Origin: Candidatus Binatia bacterium
GTDB lineage: Bacteria; Desulfobacterota; Binatia; HRBIN30
Length of the DNA: 64,000 nucleotides
Reading direction: 5' to 3'
NCBI GenBank assembly: GCA_038245295.1
Contig: JBBRSP010000001.1
Coordinates: forward strand, 256,001-320,000
This document shows positions 1 through 9,724 of this stretch, one piece after another. Under the pieces are notes generated by a model. That model did not search any database, was not told the origin of the DNA, and saw nothing but the letters and a program-made list of their open reading frames with translations. Position 1 is the stretch's first letter. Each line of letters opens with the position of its first letter. The position numbers were made by a program, and so were the translations under genes.

Positions 1-74
1 CCCGAATCTCACCGTACCAGCAAGGGAGAAACCACACATGCCGGACAGTACGTCGACCTAGGCAATCGTTGCGT

Positions 75-605
75 TTACTTCGCGGGCCGCAGCTTGCGCA
101 GCAGCGCCTTGTGCACACCCTCCGGCACAAGGCCGTGGACGTCGCCGCCGAGGGCCGCGACTTCCTTGACGAGCCGCGACGACGTGTACGAGTGGCTCTC
201 GCCAGTCGCCATGAACATCGTCTGGATATGCGGCTTCAGGTGGCGATTCATCATCGCCATCTGGAATTCGTATTCGAAGTCGGAGATCGCCCGCAGCCCG
301 CGGATGATGGCGTTGGCGCCGACGCTGTCACAGTAGTCGACCAGCAAGCCGCCGAACGAGTCGACGCTGACCTGGTCGCCAACGTCGGCCAGGGCCTCGC
401 GAATCATCGTGATTCGTTCCTGGGCGGTGAACAGGGCACTGGTCTTCTTCGGATCGCTGGTAACCCCGGCGACGGCGATGATGACGTGGTCGAACACCTG
501 AATGGCGCGTCGCACGACGTCGACGTGCCCGTTGGTGATCGGATCGAACGAGCCGGCGTAGATGGCGCGCCGGAGCGAGGTGTCTGTTTTCTTGTTTTGA
601 CTCAT
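75..605 (-). CDS. coaD: phosphopantetheine adenylyltransferase
   Basis: AIYAGSFDPITNGHVD and IIRGLRAISDFEYE signatures; overlaps rsmD by 4 nt. Confidence 0.97.
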   Translation of the reverse strand: MSQNKKTDTSLRRAIYAGSFDPITNGHVDVVRRAIQVFDHVIIAVAGVTSDPKKTSALFTAQERITMIREALADVGDQVSVDSFGGLLVDYCDSVGANAIIRGLRAISDFEYEFQMAMMNRHLKPHIQTMFMATGESHSYTSSRLVKEVAALGGDVHGLVPEGVHKALLRKLRPAK

Positions 606-1165
606 GTTTGGTTCACGAACAAAGCGAGCGCCGTATATCCATAGGTTCGCTGATGCGTCAATCGGAGTTTTCCATACTCTTCCGCAACCGGTTCGCGTTC
701 ATGGTGCTCACACATCACCCAGCCGCCGATGACGCAAAGGTTGGTGTCGGCAATGAGCTGCAGCGTTGATGCGACGAGCCCGCACTCGTATGGCGGATCG
801 AGAAAGATCCCGTCAAAGGATTCGGCTGCTAAGCGGGGCACGGCTGTGGCGACGGTCGAGCGGACCAGCGTGGCGCGATCGGTCAAGCGGCAGGTGGCGA
901 GATTCTGGTTGATGATGTCGGCGGCGGCGTTGGAGTACTCGACGGAGGTCGCATGCGCCGCTCCGCGGCTAAGCGCCTCGATGCCGAGGGCGCCGCTACC
1001 GGCGAACAGATCGAGAATGCGCGCCCCCTTCAGGTCGAAGCGGCTGAAAAGAATACTGAATGCCGCGCCCTTTACCTTGTCCGACGTCGGGCGCGTGGCG
1101 CTGCCTCCCAAAGCCTGCAGGCGCCGCCCGCGCGCCTCTCCGGTGATGACTCGCATGGCCGCCAA
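602..1165 (-). CDS. rsmD: 16S rRNA m2G966 methyltransferase
   Basis: MRVITGEARGRRL, TRPTSDKVK, LDLFAGSGALGIEALSRGA and DPPY motifs; usual rsmD-coaD pairing. Confidence 0.95.
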   Translation of the reverse strand: MAAMRVITGEARGRRLQALGGSATRPTSDKVKGAAFSILFSRFDLKGARILDLFAGSGALGIEALSRGAAHATSVEYSNAAADIINQNLATCRLTDRATLVRSTVATAVPRLAAESFDGIFLDPPYECGLVASTLQLIADTNLCVIGGWVMCEHHEREPVAEEYGKLRLTHQRTYGYTALALFVNQT

Positions 1166-1180
1166 CCTTCATCGCCGCAC

Positions 1181-1504
1181 TCAGCCCACGGGGTGAGGGT
1201 TGTCGTCGCGGAGTTCTTTGTCGAGCGGCAATGGCCGGCTGCGTGCGACGAGAAAATCGATCGCGCCGAGTGCCATCGACAGCAGCATGAGACCAACCAT
1301 CGGACCACCCTTGAGGTCATGCAGGCTGCCGCCTTCGGACATCAAAAACAGCGCGACGGCAAGGGCCCCGAGGACGATTGCCGGGTAGACGAAGACGTTG
1401 ATGCTGACCTTGAGACCCAAGACGCGGGCGACCAGCACGAAAAGCGTCAACAACGTGAGCGACGTGAAGAAGTAGTAGGGAACAACGATTAAAGCGTGCA
1501 ACAT
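1181..1504 (-). CDS. small hypothetical membrane protein (~107 aa, about 3 TM)
   Basis: ATG 4 nt after the upstream ACAD stop; hydrophobic segments. Confidence 0.7.
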   Translation of the reverse strand: MLHALIVVPYYFFTSLTLLTLFVLVARVLGLKVSINVFVYPAIVLGALAVALFLMSEGGSLHDLKGGPMVGLMLLSMALGAIDFLVARSRPLPLDKELRDDNPHPVG

Positions 1505-1508
1505 GAAT

Positions 1509-2594
1509 TCACCACCCGGCCAGAACGGCGGCGCGTTCGCGATGGAACGCGGCATCACCCAAGAAGCCGCGATCAAAGACGCTGCGGCGGAACCATAAGT
1601 GCAAATCGAACTCCCAGGTGAATCCGATGCCACCGTGTAGCTCAGTCGTGTCGCGGGCGACGCGATCGTACAGATCACTCATGTGGGCCTTCACCATGGC
1701 AGCGTGACGTTCGGACTTGTCCGGGATGCGGTCGAAGGCATGGGCCGCGTACCAGTACAACGCCAGCGACGGCTCCAGCTCACAGGCGAGGTTGGCAAGC
1801 TGGTGTTTGACGCTCTGGAAAGCACCGATGATCTGGCCGAACTGCTCGCGTGTCTTGGCGTAGTCGACGGTCATCTCCAAGCATCGGCGCGAGCCACCGT
1901 ACGCGTCGGCGGCAATCAGAACGCAGCCGGCATCGAGCATCCGTTGCGAGGCGCTGTGATCGCCGACTTTGACGGCCGGCGTGTTGTCGAAGCGCACGGT
2001 CTCCAGGCGCCGTGTCATATCGACGACCGACAACGCCTGCGTGGAGATGCCCGCGGCGCCGCGTTCGACCAACCACAGGCCCGTTCCACTGTCGTCGTTG
2101 GCGGCGACCAGGATCGCGTCGGCAATGCTGGCATAGGGCACGAATGGTTTCTCACCGCTCAACCTGCCGCCGCTCACCGTGGCCTTGAGCCTATCTACGC
2201 TCCATTCGCCGTCGGCTTCGCCGACCGCGATCGTCAGGATTGCTTCGCCATTGGCTATCTTGGGGAGCCACGTTTGCTTGACGGCGGCGTTGTTCCCTTC
2301 GACCAGGCCAATGGTGGACATGCTCGAGCTCAGGAATGGACCCGGAGCAGCGGCATAACCAAGCTCCTCGGCGGCGAGAGCGAGGTCAAGCAACTCGAGC
2401 CCCGAGCCGCCCTGTTCGGCGGGGACGATCAACCCGGCAACCCCCAGATCAACGAGGCCTTGCCATAACGTGCTGTCGTGCCCGCTATCGCTTTCCATGA
2501 CGGTGCGCACGCGTGTCGTCGGACACTGCTCGTCCAGAAAACGCTTGATGGTTTGCTTGAGCAGAACCTGATCTTCAGAAAGGCCGAAATCCAT
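1509..2594 (-). CDS. acyl-CoA dehydrogenase, short (FadE27/28-like) subunit
   Basis: MDFGLSEDQ start; REQFGQIIGAFQSVKH and HGGIGFTWE motifs. Confidence 0.9.
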   Translation of the reverse strand: MDFGLSEDQVLLKQTIKRFLDEQCPTTRVRTVMESDSGHDSTLWQGLVDLGVAGLIVPAEQGGSGLELLDLALAAEELGYAAAPGPFLSSSMSTIGLVEGNNAAVKQTWLPKIANGEAILTIAVGEADGEWSVDRLKATVSGGRLSGEKPFVPYASIADAILVAANDDSGTGLWLVERGAAGISTQALSVVDMTRRLETVRFDNTPAVKVGDHSASQRMLDAGCVLIAADAYGGSRRCLEMTVDYAKTREQFGQIIGAFQSVKHQLANLACELEPSLALYWYAAHAFDRIPDKSERHAAMVKAHMSDLYDRVARDTTELHGGIGFTWEFDLHLWFRRSVFDRGFLGDAAFHRERAAVLAGW

Positions 2595-2613
2595 GGGTAT
2601 CCTCGTTCTCTGA

Positions 2614-3843
2614 CTACTTGCGGCTCGCAGCCTGATCGCGTGGTAGCCCGAGGCCACGTTCGGCGATCACGTTGCGTTGGATGTTGGCGGTACCGCCGGC
2701 GATGAGCACGCCGAGCGACCAGAAGTAGGCGGTGATGAACATGCCCATGGCAGGAGCGGAGGGCTCGCCGGGTGCGAGCATGCCGCGATCGCTCAAGAGA
2801 TCCATGGCCAGCTTGCCGACATCGTAACCGAGTTGTGTGCCGTACAGTTTGCCGACCAGGCCGGTGATCCCAGGGTCCTCGGAACGCGCCTGCATGGTGA
2901 GCATCCGGTGGCTGGTGTACTCGTTGGCGAGCACTTTGGTTTCGAGCTCGACAATCTTGTTGCGGATCAGTGGGTCCTTGATGGCGAGTTGGCCGCGCAG
3001 GTTGAGGGCCTGCGCCATCATGATCACACCGTCGAGAGTGCGCTTGCTGAGCATCGAGCTGCCGATCAAAGCGCGCTCGTGTTTCAAGGTGGAGCGGCTG
3101 ACGACCCAACCGGTGCCGCGTTTCCCGACGATGTTCTTGGCCGGGACCTTGACGTTATCGAGGAAGACTTCGTTGAAATCCGACTCACCGGTGATCGTGC
3201 GCAGCGGGCGAATGGTCAGGCCCGGTGTCTTCATATCGATCAGCAAGTAGCTGATGCCTTCGTGCTTCGAGGCTTCCGGCTCCGTGCGCACGAGACAGAA
3301 CATCCAGTCGGCCGTGTGGGCCGTGGTGGTCCAGATCTTCTGCCCATTGACGATCCAGAAGTCGCCTTCGAGAACACCCTTGGTACGCAGGGAAGCCAGG
3401 TCGCTGCCCGAACCAGGCTCGCTGTATCCCTGACACCACATAATCTTGCCGAGCAGAGAGTCACGAATGAATTTTTCCTTCTGCTCCTCAGTGCCGTGTT
3501 CGACCAGTGTCGGCACGAGCATGCTGGGGCCCTGGCCCATGAGCTCGCCGGGAGCTTCGGCCTTGCGGAACTCCTCGTGGATGATGGTCGAGCGCAGCGG
3601 ATCGAACGGTTGCTCGCCGCCGCCGTAGCGCTTCGGAACGTGCCGATAAAGATAGCCGCGTTCAATGGCCTTGAGCCGAAAGGCGCTGGCGCGATCATCG
3701 GTTCGAACCAGCGACCCCAGGCTCATCGAGCGCGGATCAGGCGGCGGCGCGCTGTTGCGATCCTCGTCGGTCCAGCTTTCCTTGAGGAACGCGCGCACGT
3801 CTTTGCGGAACGCCTCATACTCGGCGCTAAAACTCAGATCCAT
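2614..3843 (-). CDS. acyl-CoA dehydrogenase, FadE26/29-like subunit
   Basis: WCQGYSEPGSGSDLASL, NGQKIWT, LKHER and IAGGTANIQRNVIAERGLGLPR; tandem with the short ACAD as in alpha2beta2 heterotetramers. Confidence 0.92.
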   Translation of the reverse strand: MDLSFSAEYEAFRKDVRAFLKESWTDEDRNSAPPPDPRSMSLGSLVRTDDRASAFRLKAIERGYLYRHVPKRYGGGEQPFDPLRSTIIHEEFRKAEAPGELMGQGPSMLVPTLVEHGTEEQKEKFIRDSLLGKIMWCQGYSEPGSGSDLASLRTKGVLEGDFWIVNGQKIWTTTAHTADWMFCLVRTEPEASKHEGISYLLIDMKTPGLTIRPLRTITGESDFNEVFLDNVKVPAKNIVGKRGTGWVVSRSTLKHERALIGSSMLSKRTLDGVIMMAQALNLRGQLAIKDPLIRNKIVELETKVLANEYTSHRMLTMQARSEDPGITGLVGKLYGTQLGYDVGKLAMDLLSDRGMLAPGEPSAPAMGMFITAYFWSLGVLIAGGTANIQRNVIAERGLGLPRDQAASRK

Positions 3844-4217
3844 TCATACCCTCCGCCGCGGCTGTTGATGTCGAGCAATCACGGTCGCTTAGCCCACGCC
3901 CGGTGCACGGGCAAGACACTCGTCATTTCGCCATTGGTAAGCGGGCCATGCCGCTGCCGCGCCGCGGACCCTCACTTTCAACGATTGCGGAATGTCGGAT
4001 GAGACATTGGCCGGACAACGAAATAGTGAGGTGATCAAATGACTGGGCTGCCAAGCTTTTCTTGCGGCTAAGTTTGATTTGCCCCCAATGCAGCGGGCAA
4101 TGGAATCAACGTGAACGGTGATCTGCCGCACTAAGCGCAAAGACTTGTTTGCGGGCGGAGCGCAGTTCGCAAGCTGCGTTGTCGCGCTTTGTTGTGTCTT
4201 CGTAGCTCCGCGACAAG

Positions 4218-4234
4218 TTGGCACCAGCCTTGCA
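4218..4234 (+). promoter_or_regulatory. sigma54 (-24/-12) promoter
   Basis: TTGGCAC-CAGCC-TTGCA is a perfect consensus with GG-N10-GC spacing; inverted repeat TTGTCGCG (4179-4186)/CGCGACAA (4209-4216) just upstream. Confidence 0.85.
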
Positions 4235-4261
4235 ATATCCATCTGTCAGGAGGCTACGAAA

Positions 4262-4363
4262 ATGCAATTCGACATGACCGCGCAGCTGATGCCGATGTTC
4301 TGGACGCTGGTCGCTTTGATGGTGGTCTCTGGTGTGTCGCTCTTCGGAGCACACAGCCACTAG
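4262..4363 (+). CDS. 33-aa single-TM microprotein (MQFDMTAQLMPMFWTLVALMVVSGVSLFGAHSH)
   Basis: AGGAGG SD at 4248-4253, 8 nt before the ATG and directly downstream of the sigma54 promoter. Confidence 0.7.
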   Translation: MQFDMTAQLMPMFWTLVALMVVSGVSLFGAHSH

Positions 4364-4409
4364 GCTTGGTTGCGAAGAGCCAACCTCCTCGCGACCTTGA
4401 GAACGGAGA

Positions 4410-4658
4410 ATGACGATGTTCACACTACCCGGTTTTACTCTGGCGCCCATTTTGAACGGCTTCGGCGCGTTCGTTCTCCCGACGATCGACGGTGCACTTT
4501 ATGGTTGGTTCTTGATCGCCGCATTGGTTGTCACCGCATTCGGAATTGCGCGCAGCATGACGAGCGCCGACGTCGCCACCCCGGCGGTACAGAGGCCGGC
4601 GGAGCCTCGGCGCGACAATCTCGTAACGATCGATCTGCCGCGTCACGCGGCGGCTTAA
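4410..4658 (+). CDS. 82-aa membrane microprotein
   Basis: GGAGA SD (start may be the second ATG at 4416); hydrophobic helix GWFLIAALVVTAFGIA; C-terminus PRHAAA. Confidence 0.7.
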   Translation: MTMFTLPGFTLAPILNGFGAFVLPTIDGALYGWFLIAALVVTAFGIARSMTSADVATPAVQRPAEPRRDNLVTIDLPRHAAA

Positions 4659-4666
4659 CCCTCCCC

Positions 4667-4705
4667 AGGCGGTCCGCGCGTTCCCCCTCACGGCGCGGGC
4701 CGCCT
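4667..4705 (+). terminator. GC-rich stem-loop with UCCCCCUC loop (terminator or 3' structured RNA)
   Basis: AGGCGGTCCGCGC pairs with GCGCGGGCCGCCT (13 bp, one GU); no U-tract follows. Confidence 0.55.
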
Positions 4706-4732
4706 CTCCCCCGACACACTCACAGCGGCAAG

Positions 4733-4764
4733 GATTTGGTCATTTGGCGATTTGGTCATTTGGC
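4733..4764. repeat. octamer tandem array (GATTTGGT CATTTGGC)x2
   Basis: read directly from the sequence. Confidence 0.85.
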
Positions 4765-4831
4765 CATTCCGTCGTTCGGCGCTCTTCGTCAGAGAGTTGG
4801 CCGTCTCGTCATCGAAACGGCGGTGCCGGCG

Positions 4832-5752
4832 CTACGTCCGGGTAGCGGTGATGGCGACGTACTGGCTGTGTTGATGCACGGCTGTGTGGGCGCGGGTTGA
4901 TACGATAAATTCTTCCCAATCGTTGTCGGTGAGTGGTCGCAACAGCGGATTGTAGACTCTCAAGATGCGCCGTCCGACGTCGGTGCGCGCCAGTAAGGAA
5001 ACCGAGCGCATGGCGATGGCCAGCGGGGCCGTCACGTGTGCCGACCAATCGTGGTGTGAGTCGATGACGAACCCGTGCTGACCCAGCAGCGCTGTGTATC
5101 CAGAGACCGTTTCGAACGATTGCCAGCCCCAGGTACGCCGCGCGTATTCAACATTGGCTGCCCCGGCCCGGGTGGCCGAGTCATCGTTACGCCAGGCGAA
5201 GTCCACGACCACCAGTCGGCTTCCCGGGTTCAGCAAGCGCGCCATCTCGGCGACGAAACGGCGGCGATCGAGAAAGTGAAACGCCGCTTCGATGCACAGC
5301 GCTGCATCGAACGAGCGGTCGGCGAATGGAAGGCGAGAGGCATCGGCAGCGACGTAGTTCAGATTCGGTGTTCCACGATAGAGCACGTCGGCGACGCCAA
5401 CGTTGCGCGGCAGGATGTCGCAGCCAATCACGCCGACGGCAGGATCCGACGATGCCGCGACAAACGACGAGGCGCCGCGGCCGCAGCCGAGGTCGAGCAG
5501 TCGTTGCCCCGGTTGCACACGCGCCAGGCGCAGGCTGCGGCGAACCAACGCCGACTGCGCCACCTGCAACCGGTAGTAGGGAAGATAAGCGGCGCCGCTG
5601 AGCACGAAGTTCAGGAAAGCAAGCGCGCCGCCGAACGGGTAGTAGCCGAGGTTGAGCAGCGGGCCCCAGCCGAAGGCGCGCAAGACGCGGAAGGTTACGC
5701 TCGAGCCATCGTATACATGCGCCATTGTCACGCGCGGGTTTGTATCAGTCAC
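4832..5752 (-). CDS. class I SAM-dependent methyltransferase (small-molecule/lipid type)
   Basis: LNLGYY, LLDLGCGRG and LPFADRSFDAALCIEAAFHF motifs; start uncertain (5752 GTG or a downstream ATG). Confidence 0.85.
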   Translation of the reverse strand: MTDTNPRVTMAHVYDGSSVTFRVLRAFGWGPLLNLGYYPFGGALAFLNFVLSGAAYLPYYRLQVAQSALVRRSLRLARVQPGQRLLDLGCGRGASSFVAASSDPAVGVIGCDILPRNVGVADVLYRGTPNLNYVAADASRLPFADRSFDAALCIEAAFHFLDRRRFVAEMARLLNPGSRLVVVDFAWRNDDSATRAGAANVEYARRTWGWQSFETVSGYTALLGQHGFVIDSHHDWSAHVTAPLAIAMRSVSLLARTDVGRRILRVYNPLLRPLTDNDWEEFIVSTRAHTAVHQHSQYVAITATRT

Positions 5753-5884
5753 CGGCGCGCCCTCTATAAGCATTGGTTGCGGAGGTCAATTAGAATGGCT
5801 GCGCCCCTGCTGGCTTGGCGATGTGCAAGCTGGTATCGCCTCCCAAGAGACAGGCGTCGTGAGTTTGGGAGGCAAAGGACAGTC

Positions 5885-7501
5885 ATGAGCGTTTACAGCG
5901 CTGATCCGTCGCTTACGCAGCAGATTGAGCGTGTCGCCGAATACATCGACGGTTGTGGCCTGACGGTCTGCCCGCGGCAGCGCCACCCCTTGCGCAGCGA
6001 GCTGGTGGCCCTGTTGCAGCGCCGAGCTCCCCAAGCCGTCGACGACTGGATCAAGCAGATCGGTCCGGCGCTCAAGTTGCCGCAGCCGCAGTGGCCGGAG
6101 ATTCGGGCCTGGATCCACGAAGCCGTGGCGCGCTGGCTGGCTCATATCGAGGATCCGCAGAACAACGAAACGTATGTCTACCTGCGCAACCACGCGCGGC
6201 GTGGTTTCATCTCCCATTTCCCGGCGTCACGTTTTCTCTGCAGTCAGATGAAATTGCAGCAAATCATGACCGATTACCTGATCCAGGATGTAGGTGATGC
6301 CGAGCACGGGCCCGAATTGTTGGCGCTTTGCCAACAGGAGTTCTACGAGCGCATCCTACATGTGACCGACTTCTTCGTCGAAGGGCGTGAGGATGATCTG
6401 CGCCAGCAGGAGGCAAGTTACCGACAAGCGGTGGACAATGCCCCGGCGGCAATCTTCCGCGTCGATCGCGACTACTGCGCCATTCTGGGTGCCAGTCTGG
6501 TGGCGGAGCGACTGATCGGCCTGACGGCCGATCAGATGAACGGGATGAAGATTTGGGACTTGATGCCACTCGAGGATCGACCGCGCGTCGTCCGGGTGCT
6601 CGACGAGACTCGGCGGCGAGGGCATTCTCATCGCGAGGACATGCATCTGTTGCGTCGCGATGGCGAGACGGTACCGGTATTTTTCAACGCGGGACTGATC
6701 GAGTACGGTGATCAACATTTTTTTCAGGTCATCTGCGTCGACATTTCGGATCGCAAGCGGCTCGAGGGCCAGCTCATCCAGTCGGAGAAGATGGCTGCCA
6801 TCGGTCAGCTGGCGGCGGGCATCGCGCATGAAATTCGCAACCCTCTCGGCATCATCAACAATGCCCTCTACGACCTGGGCGAGATCGTCGACGGCGAGAA
6901 TCCCGATGTGAGAGAGGATCTGCGCATCGCCAAGGAAGAAATGGATCGCGTCCAAGAGATCATCAACAACCTACTCGAGTTTTCGCGTGAATCGCGCGCC
7001 GAGTTGGAGGCCGTTGATATCAACGAGTTGCTGCGCCGCACGATTCAGTTGCTGCAGCGCAGCCTGCAAAATAGTGGCATTCGCATTGTCACCGACTTTG
7101 TCGAACTGGGCTCCTGCAGTGCCAATCGCAATGCGTTGCGCCAGGTGTTTCTCAACCTCATCGCCAACGCCGCACAGGCAATGCCGCAAGGTGGCGAGCT
7201 GCGCCTACGCACGCGTTTGACTCTCGACGGTCGGATCACCATCGAGGTCGTCGACTCCGGTGTCGGCATAGCGCCCGAACATTTGAACAGCATCTTCAAT
7301 CCGTTCTTTACGACAAAGGAGCCGGGGCAGGGTACCGGCCTTGGCCTCTCGGTCGTCCACTCCGTTGTCAACCGCTACGGTGGCGAGATTCACGTCGAGA
7401 GCCAGATCAATCGTGGCACGACGTTCCGGATCGAGTTCCCTTGCCCCTGTGAGGATGCCGGCCAGCCGATCGTCACCTCGAAAATCGCCGCCCTTGGCTA
7501 G
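5885..7501 (+). CDS. cytoplasmic sensor histidine kinase (helical N-domain, PAS, HisKA, HATPase)
   Basis: SEKMAAIGQLAAGIAHEIRNPL H-box, QVFLNLIANA N-box, PFFTTKEPGQGTGLGL; PAS/PAC ending DISDRKRLE; no TM segment. Confidence 0.93.
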   Translation: MSVYSADPSLTQQIERVAEYIDGCGLTVCPRQRHPLRSELVALLQRRAPQAVDDWIKQIGPALKLPQPQWPEIRAWIHEAVARWLAHIEDPQNNETYVYLRNHARRGFISHFPASRFLCSQMKLQQIMTDYLIQDVGDAEHGPELLALCQQEFYERILHVTDFFVEGREDDLRQQEASYRQAVDNAPAAIFRVDRDYCAILGASLVAERLIGLTADQMNGMKIWDLMPLEDRPRVVRVLDETRRRGHSHREDMHLLRRDGETVPVFFNAGLIEYGDQHFFQVICVDISDRKRLEGQLIQSEKMAAIGQLAAGIAHEIRNPLGIINNALYDLGEIVDGENPDVREDLRIAKEEMDRVQEIINNLLEFSRESRAELEAVDINELLRRTIQLLQRSLQNSGIRIVTDFVELGSCSANRNALRQVFLNLIANAAQAMPQGGELRLRTRLTLDGRITIEVVDSGVGIAPEHLNSIFNPFFTTKEPGQGTGLGLSVVHSVVNRYGGEIHVESQINRGTTFRIEFPCPCEDAGQPIVTSKIAALG

Positions 7502-7527
7502 CGCGACCGGGTTCAGCGGAGCTACTG

Positions 7528-8886
7528 GTGCGAGGTTTTGTGCACACCTTGTTGGTCGAGGACGAGCCCAACATGGTTCGGACCCTGGCGAAGATCCTCG
7601 AACGCCGTGGCTTTCGCGTCGACTCGGCGGCGAATGGCGCGGAGGCTTTGCCACTGCTCGAACAGAGCACCTATGATCTCCTGATTACGGATCTGAACAT
7701 GCCGGTCATGGACGGCATGCAGCTTCTGCGCGAAATGCAGACGCGCGGCATCTCGTTGCCCACGATCGTCCTGACCGGCCACGGTTCGATCCAGTCGGCG
7801 GTCGAAGCCATGCAGCTTGGAGCCGGCGATTACTTGATCAAGCCGTGCGACCCCGACGAGCTCTTGCTGGTCGCTGAGCGATTGCTCGAACTGCGGGATC
7901 TGCGCCGCGAGGTGAAGCACCTGCGAGCCGCGGTGCGCCGCAGCAACGACCACTTCGGCCCGATGGTCGGCAAGAGCGCCGCCATGCGCGACGTCTATCG
8001 TACCGTCGACGCGGTTAGTCAGAACAAGAGCAACGTCATCATTCTTGGCGATAACGGTACAGGCAAAGAGCTCGTCGCACGCACGTTGCATCAACGCGGC
8101 GCATGGGCGGACAAGCCGTTTGTCGCGGTGAACTGCGGCGCTTTGTCCGAAACTCTCCTGGAAAGTCAGTTGTTCGGCCACCGCCGCGGCGCCTTTACGG
8201 GCGCCATCGAAGATCATGACGGCGTCTTTCTCGCCGCCAGCGGCGGTACTCTGTTTCTCGACGAGATCACCGATATCCCCGCGGCACTGCAGGTGAAGTT
8301 CCTGCGAGCCATCCAAGAGAAGGAAGTCATGCCGCTCGGTTCGAGCCGTTCCCTGCGGTTCGACGCTCGCCTGGTGGCGGCCACGAATCGCGATATTGAG
8401 GCGATGGTCCTGGCTGGTCGCTTCCGCAGTGATCTCTATTATCGCCTCAACGTCGTGACGATCACGCTGCCACCGTTACGCGAGCGCCGTGACGATCTCG
8501 AGGTTCTCATTGAGCATTTCGTCGAGCAGTTCAGCCAGTCGTACGGTGTGCAGCCACGCCAGGTGACGCCCGAAGCGATGCGTGCCTTGCAGGCGTATTC
8601 CTGGCCCGGGAACGTGCGCGAGCTGCAAAACGTCATCGAGCGCGCTTTTGCGTTGTCGGTGTCGAGCGAGATCAGTCTCGACGATTTGCCGCTATCGGTG
8701 CGTGCGCCGATCGACACTGCGACGGCGGCGGTCCTCGGCGACTCCCTGTCGCTTGGTGATCTCGAACGCCGGACGATCGCTGCGGCGTTGCAGCGTAGCG
8801 GCGGCAACAAGAACGAGGCGGCGCGGTTGCTCGGCATCGAGCGCCAGAGGCTCTACCGCAAGATGGAGAAGTACGGCCTCACGTGA
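7528..8886 (+). CDS. sigma54-dependent response regulator (NtrC/AtoC family)
   Basis: receiver domain (VEDE, ITDLNMP), Walker A GDNGTGKE, GAFTGA, WPGNVREL, Fis-type HTH. Confidence 0.96.
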   Translation: MRGFVHTLLVEDEPNMVRTLAKILERRGFRVDSAANGAEALPLLEQSTYDLLITDLNMPVMDGMQLLREMQTRGISLPTIVLTGHGSIQSAVEAMQLGAGDYLIKPCDPDELLLVAERLLELRDLRREVKHLRAAVRRSNDHFGPMVGKSAAMRDVYRTVDAVSQNKSNVIILGDNGTGKELVARTLHQRGAWADKPFVAVNCGALSETLLESQLFGHRRGAFTGAIEDHDGVFLAASGGTLFLDEITDIPAALQVKFLRAIQEKEVMPLGSSRSLRFDARLVAATNRDIEAMVLAGRFRSDLYYRLNVVTITLPPLRERRDDLEVLIEHFVEQFSQSYGVQPRQVTPEAMRALQAYSWPGNVRELQNVIERAFALSVSSEISLDDLPLSVRAPIDTATAAVLGDSLSLGDLERRTIAAALQRSGGNKNEAARLLGIERQRLYRKMEKYGLT

Positions 8887-8956
8887 GGCTCCGAGCCGCG
8901 GATGGGTTGACCCTCCAGGGGCTTACTGCGACAACGGCGCCGCTTTGACGTACCGC

Positions 8957-9700
8957 ATGAATTTACGGCTCCTCGCAATCCTTGTCCTCGGCACCGTCTG
9001 CTTCGTTGGGGGCTGCGGCACGTCCGGCTCCAATCCGGTTGTGGTCCGCGAATTGCGGTTTTCGATCGTCAGCGCCGATGGCGCCGCCCCTGACGTCGGT
9101 TTCGAGGTTGCCGAGGTTGCGGCCGGCGGCCGCTCGGACACCTCACTGGCCGGCTTGGAGATGCATACGAGTGGCGTGTTCTCGATTTTCGTCGAAGGTG
9201 CCGATACTCCGTATCGCCTCACTGTGATCCAGCGTGGGCCGCATCCGGTTCACGTGCGCGCTGGTCTAACAGGTGGCCCGCTGCCGACACCGAACGTCGG
9301 CGAGATTAATGATGCCGTTACGACCGGCGACGGTACGTCCGCCACCATTGGCGCAGCTGGAATTACCGTGGAGCCGGCGCGTGGCGCGGTCCGCGTCGAC
9401 GTTTGCTCACCGCTCAGTGGCGCGTGTTCGATCCCGGACAATCTTGGCGTTCCGGGTGTCGATTTCTCGGGAACGATTGGTGACACCGAGACGACGCGGC
9501 TGATCGGGCGTCTGACCAGCACGGATCCGCCGGTGACGGCACCAGCGATCTTCCTGCTGTTCGCGGCCCGCGACACCTTGAGTGCGGTGCTACGTTCGAA
9601 CTCCAGCCAGCCGCTGCGCGGCAGCATCGTCATCGATGGGCGCATCGTCACAACCGACGAGGCGACGACGCACGACGTTGTCCTAAAAGCCGACTTGTGA
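8957..9700 (+). CDS. hypothetical lipoprotein
   Basis: signal peptide with lipobox-like VGGC; beta-rich body. Confidence 0.7.
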   Translation: MNLRLLAILVLGTVCFVGGCGTSGSNPVVVRELRFSIVSADGAAPDVGFEVAEVAAGGRSDTSLAGLEMHTSGVFSIFVEGADTPYRLTVIQRGPHPVHVRAGLTGGPLPTPNVGEINDAVTTGDGTSATIGAAGITVEPARGAVRVDVCSPLSGACSIPDNLGVPGVDFSGTIGDTETTRLIGRLTSTDPPVTAPAIFLLFAARDTLSAVLRSNSSQPLRGSIVIDGRIVTTDEATTHDVVLKADL

Positions 9701-9724
9701 CGACGCGGCCAAGTCCGCGTGTTC

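Noticed and set aside
2677..4002. Long antisense ORFs (also 26073-27641, 37458-38459, 58554-59525 and others)
   Set aside because: Shadow ORFs of real genes, expected from high-GC codon bias; no recognisable motifs
4262..5752. Microproteins plus methyltransferase as a RiPP cluster
   Set aside because: The peptides look like TM helices, the methyltransferase is convergent, and there is no maturase, protease or exporter
5075..5884. N-terminal extension of the 808-aa kinase ORF
   Set aside because: It is antisense to the methyltransferase; a start with an SD-like sequence exists at 5885
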